Numbered from the stretch's first letter, positions 1 to 11,513 are shown. The stretch is 64,000 nucleotides of DNA from Lysobacterales bacterium (GCA_022844165.1 JALHMH010000005.1:96001-160000), one strand, 5' to 3'. Numbers and translations: made by a program. Notes: generated from the sequence alone by a model not told the origin.

Positions 1-430
1 GAGTGACCGGTGCCGGAGAGGCCGCCTGGACGACAGCCCGGCAGATGCGCTCGACTAACTGCGGCTCTTTCATCAAAGCCGATCCAGCATCGACCTTGCA
101 AACTTTTTTGGCGGGACAGCCCATATTGATATCGATGATCTGGGCACCGTGCGCCAGATTGTGGCGTGCGGCGGCAGCGAGTACCTGCGGATCGTAACCA
201 GCGATCTGTACGCTAATGGGCTCGGGCTCGCCCAAATGGTCCATGCGCCAGCGGCTCTTTTTGCTATCCCACAAGCGTTCGTCGCTGGTGGTCATTTCCG
301 ACACCGCGAGCCCGGCGCCCAGTCGTTTGCACAGCAGCCGAAACGGCTTGTCCGTCACCCCAGCCATCGGCGCCAGAATCAGTGCCGGGTCAATTCGATA
401 GGGGCCTATGAAAGCAACAGGAACGCTCAT
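1..430 (-). CDS. dusB: tRNA-dihydrouridine synthase B (5' part; runs off the left edge)
   Basis: Not in the ORF track because it has no stop in the window. Minus-strand translation from ATG 430: MSVPVAFIGPYRIDPALILAPMAGVTDKPFR...QIAG...GAQIIDINMGCPAKKVCKVDAGSALMKEP. These are the Dus LAPMAGVTD and DINMGCP motifs. ATGA overlap with the lpxH stop. Confidence 0.93.
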   Translation of the reverse strand, partial: MSVPVAFIGPYRIDPALILAPMAGVTDKPFRLLCKRLGAGLAVSEMTTSDERLWDSKKSRWRMDHLGEPEPISVQIAGYDPQVLAAAARHNLAHGAQIIDINMGCPAKKVCKVDAGSALMKEPQLVERICRAVVQAASPAPVT

Positions 431-1149
431 ATGGCGATGCGCTCGCAGCGACCACGTGCGTACAACTCGCCAGTGGACCCCGACCATCGCAGCCACGAAG
501 CATGAGCGTCCCAATCGGGCAGTACGATGCGTTGTGCAGCGCCATAGCGGTGAACCATCGGTCGGTGGGTGTGACCGTGAATCAGCAACGGCACTGCATG
601 CCGGGCGAGAGCTTCATGAATCGCGATCGGGTGTGCGTCCATGATCTCTGCTGCGCTCATGGAGGTATGGCGCTGACTTTGTGCGCGCGCGTGTTCTGCA
701 AATGCACGGCGCTTGACCAAGGGTTCGCTCAGAAACTGAGTCTGCCAAGGTGCGGATCGCGACTGGACGCGAAACTGCTGGTAAGCAAGATCGTCCGTGC
801 ACAGTGAATCGCCATGCATCAACAATGCCCGAGTGTTGCCGAGTGCGATAACGGTCTCATCGCAAAGCAGTTGCACCCGGGCACGATTGGCAAATGCTGC
901 GCCGATCAAGAAATCGCGATTGCCGTGCGCCAAAAAAACCTGTTGCCTTTTTAGCCTGGATAGAGCGACTGCAACTCGCGCCAGTAGCGGATCGTCGTCG
1001 TCATCGCCGATGTACGCCTCGAAGAGATCGCCTAACACATACAGCGCCTCGCCTTCGGCGGCGACGCGCTCGAGAAACGCAAAAAAGCGCTCGACATTCG
1101 GATCGTCGAGCGCTTTGAGATGCAGATCCGAGGCGAAATAAACCGCCAT
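427..1149 (-). CDS. lpxH: UDP-2,3-diacylglucosamine diphosphatase
   Basis: Calcineurin-like motifs SDLHL, LGDLFE, HGNRDFL, HGDSLCTDD, IHGHTHRP; lies downstream of a cyclophilin, as usual. Confidence 0.93.
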   Translation of the reverse strand: MAVYFASDLHLKALDDPNVERFFAFLERVAAEGEALYVLGDLFEAYIGDDDDDPLLARVAVALSRLKRQQVFLAHGNRDFLIGAAFANRARVQLLCDETVIALGNTRALLMHGDSLCTDDLAYQQFRVQSRSAPWQTQFLSEPLVKRRAFAEHARAQSQRHTSMSAAEIMDAHPIAIHEALARHAVPLLIHGHTHRPMVHRYGAAQRIVLPDWDAHASWLRWSGSTGELYARGRCERIAI

Positions 1150-1742
1150 CAGCCAGCCGGTTTGGTTTCCGCTTCGACCACCGTTGCCGACTCGACCACG
1201 ACATAGGGGCGCGGCAAATTCTGGAACTCGGCCGAAAACGCGCTGGTTTGCATTGCCTTGATCTTATCGACCACTTCCATGCCGGACACCACTTTGCCGA
1301 AAACCGCGTAACCCCAGGTGCGACCATCGGCCTTGCTGGTGTGATCGAGCGCTGCGTTATCGGCGACGTTGATGAAAAACTGCGAAGTCGCCGAATGCGG
1401 GTCGTTGGTGCGCGCCATCGCAACAGTGCCGCGCAAATTGCTCAGGCCGTTGTCGGCCTCGTTCAAGACCGGCGCGCGCAATCCACCTTTGCTGGTAAGC
1501 TCGCTCGTGTAACCACCTCCTTGAATCATGAAGCCATCGATGACACGGTGGAAAATGGTGCCGTTGTAATGCCCGGATTTCACGTACTCGACGAAATTGG
1601 CCACCGACTTCGGCGCGCGTGCTGCATCGAGTTCCAGCGTAATCTCGCCCTGATTGGTCTTGAACAGCACACGCGGCTTATCAGAAGGTTGTGCAAATGC
1701 GCTTCCAGCCAGTAACAGCAGCGCGATCGAAAGGTACTTCAT
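1149..1742 (-). CDS. ppiA: Periplasmic cyclophilin-type peptidyl-prolyl cis-trans isomerase
   Basis: Sec signal (…SAFA|Q), FHRVIDGFMIQGGG, AMART..PHSATSQFFIN, GYAVFGKV. Confidence 0.92.
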   Translation of the reverse strand: MKYLSIALLLLAGSAFAQPSDKPRVLFKTNQGEITLELDAARAPKSVANFVEYVKSGHYNGTIFHRVIDGFMIQGGGYTSELTSKGGLRAPVLNEADNGLSNLRGTVAMARTNDPHSATSQFFINVADNAALDHTSKADGRTWGYAVFGKVVSGMEVVDKIKAMQTSAFSAEFQNLPRPYVVVESATVVEAETKPAG

Positions 1743-1824
1743 GGACCTGACTCCTGAGTGATCGTAGTGCCCAGTTTAGCATTGGCCGCCGCGCGCTTTT
1801 ACACAGCGTCGGTTGCCTGCAGAG

Positions 1825-1950
1825 GTTAGACTTCACCTCACTCTGCGAACGTTCATTGCCGAGCGAACTTTCGCGCATCGATACGCCACTCCACCTGGCC
1901 AAAGCCGCTCCAAAAAAGTCAACTCATTGCCGAGCTCCTGATCCGTCAAC
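1825..1950 (+). repeat. Dispersed degenerate intergenic repeat, copy A
   Basis: Blocks GACTTC..TGCCGAGCG..GCCAAAGCCGCTCC(1898-1911)..ACTCATTG..GATCCGTCAA(1940-1949) are shared, with conserved spacing, with 35224-35355 and in part with 60515-60616. Confidence 0.6.
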
Positions 1951-1967
1951 ATCTCTAAGGAATCCGA

Positions 1968-2960
<993 letters not shown>

Positions 2961-3088
2961 TCGATGCTCTGCCGGCACCTGCTGATCTGTGGGTCGCGCT
3001 AACGCTGTTTTCTGTTCCTCGCCGCGCCGCCGGTCCGAGGCGGAAAGTCGCTGAGGCTTGATGCAAGCTGCGGCAGTCAGAGCCATTC

Positions 3089-3167
3089 CACGCGAAGGCA
3101 CGGAGTCGCGAAGAACTCCAAGATGCTGCATCTTGACCTGACTTCTTCGTCTCTCCGCGTCACCGTG
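3089..3167. repeat. Long imperfect palindrome (REP-like hairpin) upstream of ribH
   Basis: Core CAAGATGC-T-GCATCTTG (3119-3135), flanked by arms CACG..CGGAG..CGAAGAA / TTCTTCG..CTCCG..CGTG. Confidence 0.55.
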
Positions 3168-3296
3168 ACTGAGCTTGCCCACCGCGTGCTGCCGTCCCAT
3201 TCGTCTCGACGCGCCCGCCGAAGACTCGGTGATAATTCCCACCGCACACAGCACCTGTGGCATCGTCGCGCATGCACATGTTCGGAACCTTGAAAA

Positions 3297-3767
3297 ATGC
3301 ACATCATTGAAGGCGACTTTTCGCCGCCACCCGGCCGCATCGCATTGATCGCCTCGCGTTTCAATGAGCTCGTTGTCGAGCGCCTCATCGCTGGCGCACG
3401 CGATGCCCTACTTCGTCATGGCGTCAAAGAAGACCAAATCTCGCTGGTCCGGGTGCCGGGCGCTTTCGAACTGCCGCTGATCGCGAACGAGATTGCCGCC
3501 TCGCAATCTTATGCCGGCATCGTCGCGCTCGGCGCCGTTATTCGCGGCGATACGGCGCATTTTGATTATGTTGCTGGCGGCGCAGCCAACGGGCTGATGC
3601 AGGCGAGCGTGGCGCATCGTGTGCCGATCGGTTTTGGCGTCCTGACTGTCGATTCGCTCGAGCAAGCACTCGATCGGGCCGGCGGCAAGGCCGGAAACAA
3701 GGGTACCGACGCAGCATTAACTGTGATCGAACAAATCCACCTGTTGCGACGCCTGAGGGCCGGCTGA
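3297..3767 (+). CDS. ribH: 6,7-dimethyl-8-ribityllumazine synthase
   Basis: SRFNE, VPGAFELP, LGAVIRGDTAHFDYV, PIGFGVLT, GNKG. Confidence 0.97.
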   Translation: MHIIEGDFSPPPGRIALIASRFNELVVERLIAGARDALLRHGVKEDQISLVRVPGAFELPLIANEIAASQSYAGIVALGAVIRGDTAHFDYVAGGAANGLMQASVAHRVPIGFGVLTVDSLEQALDRAGGKAGNKGTDAALTVIEQIHLLRRLRAG

Positions 3768-4201
3768 TGAAACAACCCCACAAGCCGTTCCCAGAGCGTG
3801 CCCGCGCCAGGCGTCGCGCACTCCAGGCGCTGTACCAATGGCAGATCGGTGGTGGCTCTATGCGCCGCATCATCGATCAGTTCAATGAAGAGCAGGATAT
3901 GGCGATCGCCGACGGCGACTATTTTGCCGATCTCCTGCTCGGCGTCGAGCAACACTTCGACGCGATCAACGCCGCGCTGACCCCGCTGATCGATCGTCCG
4001 CTGGAGTTGGTCGACGCGATCGAACGCGCGTGTTTGCGCCTCGGGGCATACGAGCTGATGCACCGTGTCGACATTCCGTTCAAAGTCGTGATCAACGAAT
4101 CCGTAGAGCTGGCCAAGGACTTTGGTGCTGAAGGTGGGCATACGTACGTCAACGGCGTGCTGGACAAGCTCGCGCGAAGTGCGCGGCAGACCGAACGTTG
4201 A
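3767..4201 (+). CDS. nusB: Transcription antitermination factor NusB
   Basis: RARARRRALQALYQW, VINESVELAKDFG, YVNGVLD; conserved ribH-nusB-thiL-pgpA order. Confidence 0.97.
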   Translation: MKQPHKPFPERARARRRALQALYQWQIGGGSMRRIIDQFNEEQDMAIADGDYFADLLLGVEQHFDAINAALTPLIDRPLELVDAIERACLRLGAYELMHRVDIPFKVVINESVELAKDFGAEGGHTYVNGVLDKLARSARQTER

Positions 4202-5165
4202 TTGGCGAATTCGAGCTCATCGAACGTATCGCGGCGCTGCAAGGCGCTGATAGCGGAGTGCGCATTGGGATCGGCGACGACGCCGCGGTGTTGGCGATAT
4301 CGCCGGGCCACGAATTGGCGGTGACGACCGATACGCTGGTTGCGGGTGTGCACTTCCCGCTGGACGCCAAGCCGGCCGATATTGGCTTCAAAGCTGTGGC
4401 AGTCAACTTGAGTGATCTTGCTGCAATGGGCGCCACGCCACGTTATGCGACACTGGCACTCACACTGCCGAGTATCGAAATGGGCTTCGTCGAACCGCTG
4501 CTGGGCGGTATCGGCGAAGCACTGAAGCGTGATGGCACAACGCTGGTCGGCGGCGATACGACCCGCGGTCCATTCAGTATCACGATCACAGCCATCGGCG
4601 AGCTCCCGCATGGCGCCGCGCTGACGCGCGGTGGCGCCAACGCAGGCGACAACGTGTTTGTCTCCGGCACCCTGGGCGATGCCGCGGCGGCACTCGCGAT
4701 GCGAGGCCATTGGCCGATCCTGGATGAGGCCGGTAAACTCGCCAGGTCTCGCCTTGAGCAACGACTGGCGAAGCCGCATCCGCGCGTATCACTCGGCGTC
4801 GCATTGCGCGGTGTCGCCAGCGCCTGCATTGATGTGTCCGACGGTTTAGCCCAGGACCTGGGCCACATCGCGCGCTTGAGCAACGTGGCGATTGTTGTCG
4901 ATGTCAGCCTGCTGCCGCTGTCGCGCGCACTGCAAACGGTCGTTCCCGACCCGGAACAACAGTGGCCGTTTGCTTTCGGTGGAGATGATTACGAGCTGGC
5001 ATTCTGCGCGCCACCCGAGCGTACAATACAAATAGAATGCCTGGCCGCTGAGCTGAAACTACCGCTGACGTGCATCGGCACGGTTGGACCAGGTCGCGAT
5101 GTGCATTTGCTCGACCGCAAAGGGCGCGTGCGCGAAGTCCCGCGCGGGTATGAGCACTTCCGCGC

Positions 5166-5169
<4 letters not shown>
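4198..5169 (+). CDS. thiL: Thiamine-monophosphate kinase
   Basis: GEFELI, GIGDDAA, VNLSDLAAMGA, GGDTTRG, IDVSDGL, GDDYEL; TTG start overlapping the nusB stop. Confidence 0.96.
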
Positions 5170-6699
<1,530 letters not shown>

Positions 6700-6722
6700 G
6701 AGTTCGAAAGTCGTTGCCGCAA

Positions 6723-6755
6723 ACAACAAACCGCGCTTCGAGCGCGGTTTGTTGT
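6723..6755. terminator. Bidirectional rho-independent terminator between convergent trxB and the DUF1501 gene
   Basis: Perfect 15-bp stem ACAACAAACCGCGCT-TCG-AGCGCGGTTTGTTGT with T-rich tails on both strands. Confidence 0.85.
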
Positions 6756-6816
6756 GAACAACGGCATTGCTAACCTGGCTGCATTCCGTGGACCCGAGAA
6801 AGTCCTTGGGCCATGC

Positions 6817-8442
6817 CTACATGAAACCGAGATTCGACGTGGGGAAGTTGTCGACGTTCGGGAAAATGGTGTTGATCTGCGTTGGCGTTAAACCCATCCA
6901 GGTGCCCAAAGTCGATGCCATTTGGTCCATTGCCGTCGTGGGAATCATCTGGCCGCGGCTGAAGCTGTCGGCGCCGTTCAACGTCATATCCGGCCAGGTG
7001 CCATACAGGCGACCAGCCGTCGCGCTACCGCCGTTAACCGCGCCGCCCATGACCAACTGGATGCCGCCCCAACCGTGATCGGACCCATCGCCATTGCTGT
7101 TCAACGTACGAGCAAATTCGCTCATCGTGAATGTGGTCACGCTGTTCTCGACCCCCATTTCCACGAGGGCGTTATAGAACGAACCCAGTGCGCGCGAAAT
7201 TCTGCGGAACAGGCGCGGCTGACCGGTATCTGGCATCTGCGCGGCGTGGGTATCGAAGCCGCCTAAGGACACAAAGAATATATTGCGTCGCTGACCCAAC
7301 TGGGTGCGCATATTGATCAGGCGCGCCACCATGGCCAACTGCTCCGCCAGCGAGTTGCCGCCGTCGGCCGCGAGGTTGTAACCCGTGACCGCCTGATTGT
7401 CGGCTAACGCACGGAACGGCGTGTTCAACAGCGATGGGTTGTTGGTCACGCCTGCGAGCAGCGTCGATAGGTTTCCTGCCAAACCCATAGAGCGCGCCAT
7501 GACCAGCGCGTGCTCGTTCTGCATCAGGTTCGTGGTGCTGTTGTCCAGCAAATCGCAATGCGCAATTTCACGTGCATTCAAACCTGCTGTGCCGCACGCC
7601 CGAAAATTCGATAGCGCGCTCGCGCCGGAACAATTGGCGAAGTTGGCGCCAACAATTTCGTTCACGACGGCCGTGCCGTTGTTCGGATTGCCGCAACTCG
7701 ACATCTGGTAAGGCACCACGACGTCGCCAATCTGAAAGCGATTGGAACCGGCGAAGGAGATGTTCATCGGCAACGTTGTTGTAGGACTGCTGCCCGGGAT
7801 CGGCAAGTTCTGCGAGAACAACAAGTCCGCGATCTGACCGCCCCAACCATATCGGTAATTCGGTGTTTCACGGCCTTGGAACCAGAAATTGGTCTGGTCG
7901 TTATGCGAGTAGAGCTGCGGCGGTTTAGGCAACAAAGGATTGCTGAATGTTGCCTTGCTCAGTGGAACCACGAGGCTGCCCACATTGGCAAGCCACGCCA
8001 CCTTTCCCTGGTTTGTCAGGGTTGCCAGTCCTGGCATGGCGGTCTGCCCGTTATTAACATTCACCGAGGTCCAGTCGGCGCACGCCGGATGCAGTCCATA
8101 GGTCTGGCCGCCCGGCAATGCCACGCCTCCCGGCCCCGTCAGGTTGATCGGTATCAGCGATGCCTGATCGATGGCCAATCCGCCCGTTCCTGTGCCGCGC
8201 GATGCCTGGTAAACGGCAAAGCGCGTGTTGTCGCGGGGAATCAGCCAGTTAAAGGCATCGTTGCCGCCGCCCAGAAACACACAGACCAGGGCCCGATAGT
8301 TGGCATCTCCTTCGGGAGATTGGGCCATGGCCGACTGCATCAGGCGCAATTGCGGAATCATCGACATCGCCGAACCACAGGCAGTCAGAGTTGCGAACTT
8401 CTTCAGGAATTCGCGGCGAGCTTCGCGTTGTTGACGTGACAT
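6817..8442 (-). CDS. DUF1501 family protein, Tat-exported
   Basis: RREFLK twin-arginine leader; VCVFLGGGND, LYSHNDQ, GGFDTH, SEFARTLNSNGDGSDHGWG. Confidence 0.9.
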   Translation of the reverse strand: MSRQQREARREFLKKFATLTACGSAMSMIPQLRLMQSAMAQSPEGDANYRALVCVFLGGGNDAFNWLIPRDNTRFAVYQASRGTGTGGLAIDQASLIPINLTGPGGVALPGGQTYGLHPACADWTSVNVNNGQTAMPGLATLTNQGKVAWLANVGSLVVPLSKATFSNPLLPKPPQLYSHNDQTNFWFQGRETPNYRYGWGGQIADLLFSQNLPIPGSSPTTTLPMNISFAGSNRFQIGDVVVPYQMSSCGNPNNGTAVVNEIVGANFANCSGASALSNFRACGTAGLNAREIAHCDLLDNSTTNLMQNEHALVMARSMGLAGNLSTLLAGVTNNPSLLNTPFRALADNQAVTGYNLAADGGNSLAEQLAMVARLINMRTQLGQRRNIFFVSLGGFDTHAAQMPDTGQPRLFRRISRALGSFYNALVEMGVENSVTTFTMSEFARTLNSNGDGSDHGWGGIQLVMGGAVNGGSATAGRLYGTWPDMTLNGADSFSRGQMIPTTAMDQMASTLGTWMGLTPTQINTIFPNVDNFPTSNLGFM

Positions 8443-8454
8443 GGCTGTAGCTCC

Positions 8455-10242
8455 TTACTTCTGAACCGCAAATTCGGGGGACATGATGATGACTCGGATG
8501 ACATCGCGCACTCGATCCCGACGCTGATCGTTAGTGGTCGGCGCCGCTTGTGATGTCAGCATGGTCAGCAGCGTGGCGCGCATCGCCGCACTCATGTTGC
8601 CGTGCATCAACCGCAGCCCGAGCTCATCAATCATTTGCCCGTAGGTGGTCGCGTTTGCCGTTTGAATCTGATTGAAGTAGGTATCCAGCTGCACGCAGGG
8701 CCGAGTCGTCGCGCCGCAGGTGTACAGGCCCGCAATTGTGAACCAGCCCGTATCGGCCACACGATTCTGAATCGTGTTGTTCATGCGCGACACCGACGAC
8801 TCGTTGAGGATCTGAAACTCCGGCGAGTACAGGTTGGCGTTTTGTACCGGGCCAGGTTGTTGATAGTCGGGCTCGTAGAAATTGAACACCGAGGGTGAAC
8901 TGTACGGTCGTTGGTTGAACTCACCGGAGAATCCGAGGGAAGAGCTGATGTTCCCGATACTCGAACCCGTCGTATCTGGTTGCGCCGGCACGACATCCAG
9001 CCCTCGCCACAACGCCGTCATCCGCAACACGGGCTCTCGCAGCTTGCCGAAATTAGCGCTCGGCGCATTCCGGGCTTCAGCGTCCATCAACACCGCTCGC
9101 AGCACCGCGCGCAGATCGCCGCGCACGCCCTGGCCATTGTTGACGAACACGTTGGCGACGCGGCTGATGTAGGCCGGCGACGGGTTGGAGGTTGTGAACC
9201 GCTGAATCAACTGCCGCGCATAAAACGGTGGCACTGAGCTGTGGTTGGCAATCGCGTTCAACGCCGCATTGATATCGCCCTCACAGCCGGCTTGCGTATC
9301 GGCAACCGCCGGCAGCGTGATGTTATTGAAGATCAGCTTGCTGCCAAAGTCGTGGAACGTTCGGCCTGTGACCAAATAGTTTTGGTTGTTCGGCGGGTTG
9401 TTCATCGGGAAACAAATCATCGGCAACATCAGGTCGCGGTTGGTGTTGTTACCGAAACTCGTATTCGTAAAACTCGAACGTCCATAGGTCAACCCGGTAA
9501 AGACCCGCGACAACTGCGCGATGATCTCGTTGTTGTAGGTCGGAACGGGCTGACCGCCGGAAAGTTGCGGCGAAAAGTCCAGATTGCGCTGAATCAGACC
9601 GAACGAAAACAGCTGCATCACTTCGCGCGCATAATTCTCGTCGGGCAAAATGGTGGTGGGCGGTGTACCGGACTGGTATGCCGCCCGGCTTCGTACATAA
9701 GTCAACCATTCGGCCATCGCCGGGCTGAAAGTGACGTTGCCCAGCAGCGTTCGGTAGTTGCCGAACGCACCGCGTGTCAGCATGTCCGCATATTCGGCGA
9801 TCAATCGCGTGTCGATACCGCCCGTATCGCCCACCACCAGGATCTGGCTGAGAGCGAACGCCATCCGCTGGCGCAATTGGTCCTGGCCGAAGGTCGCTTG
9901 CCAGTAGAAGCGGTCGACACGATGGCCCGAATTCAGCGAGAAGTTCGGATCCAGCACCAGCTGATCGAGCCAGGGCCGCGTGAGTGTCGGCGGCATCGAA
10001 AACTGTTGATCGAGCCATTGCCCATAGCCGATGGCGCGAAGGCGGGCGATTTCAGAACGCGTCGGCCCGAAAGTCGCTTGCGTCAAAAATCTCGCGGCTT
10101 CTGCATCTGTCGCGGGTGCATCGGTGACATTTTCGAAATTCGCGCGGAACAGCGTCTCGGTTTGCGCATGTAGTGCACCGGAAACGAACATCAGCGCTGA
10201 CCAGACGACGGTCTGCAGCGCAATCTGACGTATGTATCGCAT
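8455..10242 (-). CDS. DUF1800 family protein, Sec-exported
   Basis: AARFLTQATFGPT, DQLRQRMAFALSQILVV, PDENYAREVMQLFS.GL, GKLREP, SPSVFNFY, SPEF; upstream of DUF1501, as typical. Confidence 0.9.
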   Translation of the reverse strand: MRYIRQIALQTVVWSALMFVSGALHAQTETLFRANFENVTDAPATDAEAARFLTQATFGPTRSEIARLRAIGYGQWLDQQFSMPPTLTRPWLDQLVLDPNFSLNSGHRVDRFYWQATFGQDQLRQRMAFALSQILVVGDTGGIDTRLIAEYADMLTRGAFGNYRTLLGNVTFSPAMAEWLTYVRSRAAYQSGTPPTTILPDENYAREVMQLFSFGLIQRNLDFSPQLSGGQPVPTYNNEIIAQLSRVFTGLTYGRSSFTNTSFGNNTNRDLMLPMICFPMNNPPNNQNYLVTGRTFHDFGSKLIFNNITLPAVADTQAGCEGDINAALNAIANHSSVPPFYARQLIQRFTTSNPSPAYISRVANVFVNNGQGVRGDLRAVLRAVLMDAEARNAPSANFGKLREPVLRMTALWRGLDVVPAQPDTTGSSIGNISSSLGFSGEFNQRPYSSPSVFNFYEPDYQQPGPVQNANLYSPEFQILNESSVSRMNNTIQNRVADTGWFTIAGLYTCGATTRPCVQLDTYFNQIQTANATTYGQMIDELGLRLMHGNMSAAMRATLLTMLTSQAAPTTNDQRRDRVRDVIRVIIMSPEFAVQK

Positions 10243-10425
10243 AAAAATCCCCGTAGAGCGTGCGGCGGCTGGCCGCGTGCATTATGAACCGACGACATCG
10301 ACGTTTGTGTGACCACGAACACAGGCAATCATTGCGCTTCGTGACGGCGGATAGGTTCAAGGGCTTGATATCCGTCGATGCAGACACGAGATCGACACAC
10401 TTCAGCGTAGACTTCGCTCGTGCCC

Positions 10426-10983
10426 ATGAATCACTCCCTCGCCAATCAGTTCCTGATCGCTATGCCGGGCATGGACGATCCTAATTTTTCCCGAGGCGTG
10501 ACCTTCTTGTGCCAGCACAACGCCGAAGGTGCGCTGGGTATCGTTGTTAACCGTATCAGCCAGTTTAAGCTTGGCGATGTCCTGGCACAGATGCAGATCG
10601 AGTCCCACCAGCCGGGTTTAGCTGACCTGCCCGTGCATGCGGGCGGGCCTGTTCAAACAGACCGCGGCTTCGTTCTGCATGAACCCTACGGGATTTGGGA
10701 TTCGACGTTTCGGGTCAGCGAAACACTGTGCGTCACAACTTCGCGCGATGTGCTCATGGCCATGGCCGAAGGCCGTGGCCCACAGCGTGTCATCGTGGCA
10801 TTGGGATACGCCGGCTGGGGCGCCGGGCAACTCGAAAACGAAATGAAAGAGAACGCCTGGTTGACCGCACCGGCGGACAACGCCATTTTGTTCGACACGC
10901 CGCTCGATGCCCGCTGGTCGGCCGCAGCTCTGCTCACCGGAGTCGACATCGTGCGCGTCAGTGGCTATGCGGGGCACGCTTAG
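10426..10983 (+). CDS. yqgE: YqgE/AlgH family protein (DUF179)
   Basis: FLIAMPGMDDPNF, GGPVQTDRGFVLH, LGYAGWGAGQLE.E...NAW; alternative GTG start at 10420. Confidence 0.95.
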   Translation: MNHSLANQFLIAMPGMDDPNFSRGVTFLCQHNAEGALGIVVNRISQFKLGDVLAQMQIESHQPGLADLPVHAGGPVQTDRGFVLHEPYGIWDSTFRVSETLCVTTSRDVLMAMAEGRGPQRVIVALGYAGWGAGQLENEMKENAWLTAPADNAILFDTPLDARWSAAALLTGVDIVRVSGYAGHA

Positions 10984-11060
10984 TTTCGTTCGTCGTTCAT
11001 GCAGGCCAGCTTCAAGAAAAAGGTGACGGGTCCATCGATAGCGCGCCGCTCAACCCACTC

Positions 11061-11513
11061 ATGACCGACCACCAACGACCAACCGCCAACCCAACTGCCC
11101 TCGCCTTCGACCTCGGCACTCGCTACCTCGGCATTGCGGTGGGTAACGCGCTGACACGCACGGCGCGCCCGCTGTTCACGCAAACGATGCATCCTGCACA
11201 CAAGATGTGGGAGGCTCTGGACGCGCTGATCGCGGAATGGCAACCTGCGGCATTGGTCGTGGGACTACCGCTGACGCGAGATGGCGGTGAACAGCCGATG
11301 AGTACGGCGGCGCGCGAATTCGCGGCAAGCCTTGCGAATCGCTATCGTCTGTTCGTCGCGCTCCAGGACGAGCGTGGTTCGAGCCAAAGCGCGCGCAGTC
11401 GATTTGCCGATGCGCGTAGCCAAAGTCTCGCCAAGCGCAAGAACGCAGCGCAACTGGATGCGCATGCGGCCGCCGTAATTCTGGAGGACTACCTTGCAAC
11501 TGCCGGCTATTGA
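11061..11513 (+). CDS. yqgF: YqgF/RuvX pre-16S rRNA nuclease
   Basis: LAFDLGTRYLGIAVG, LVVGLP, QDERGSS, DAHAAAVIL; follows yqgE. The ORF-track start at 10695 is an artefactual extension. Confidence 0.92.
   Translation: MTDHQRPTANPTALAFDLGTRYLGIAVGNALTRTARPLFTQTMHPAHKMWEALDALIAEWQPAALVVGLPLTRDGGEQPMSTAAREFAASLANRYRLFVALQDERGSSQSARSRFADARSQSLAKRKNAAQLDAHAAAVILEDYLATAGY

Noticed and set aside
3227-3244. CGGTGATAATTCCCACCG before ribH resembles part of the FMN riboswitch (GGTGAAATTCCCCACCG)
   Set aside because: The other conserved RFN segments are missing and only ~50 nt remain before the ATG. GATAAT is more simply a -10 box.
11015-11035. AAAAAGGTGACGGGTCC (and AGAAGGCACCTGAGTCATT near 29561) resemble REP-like ends
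   Set aside because: Single short fragments with no palindromic partner; cannot be distinguished from chance.
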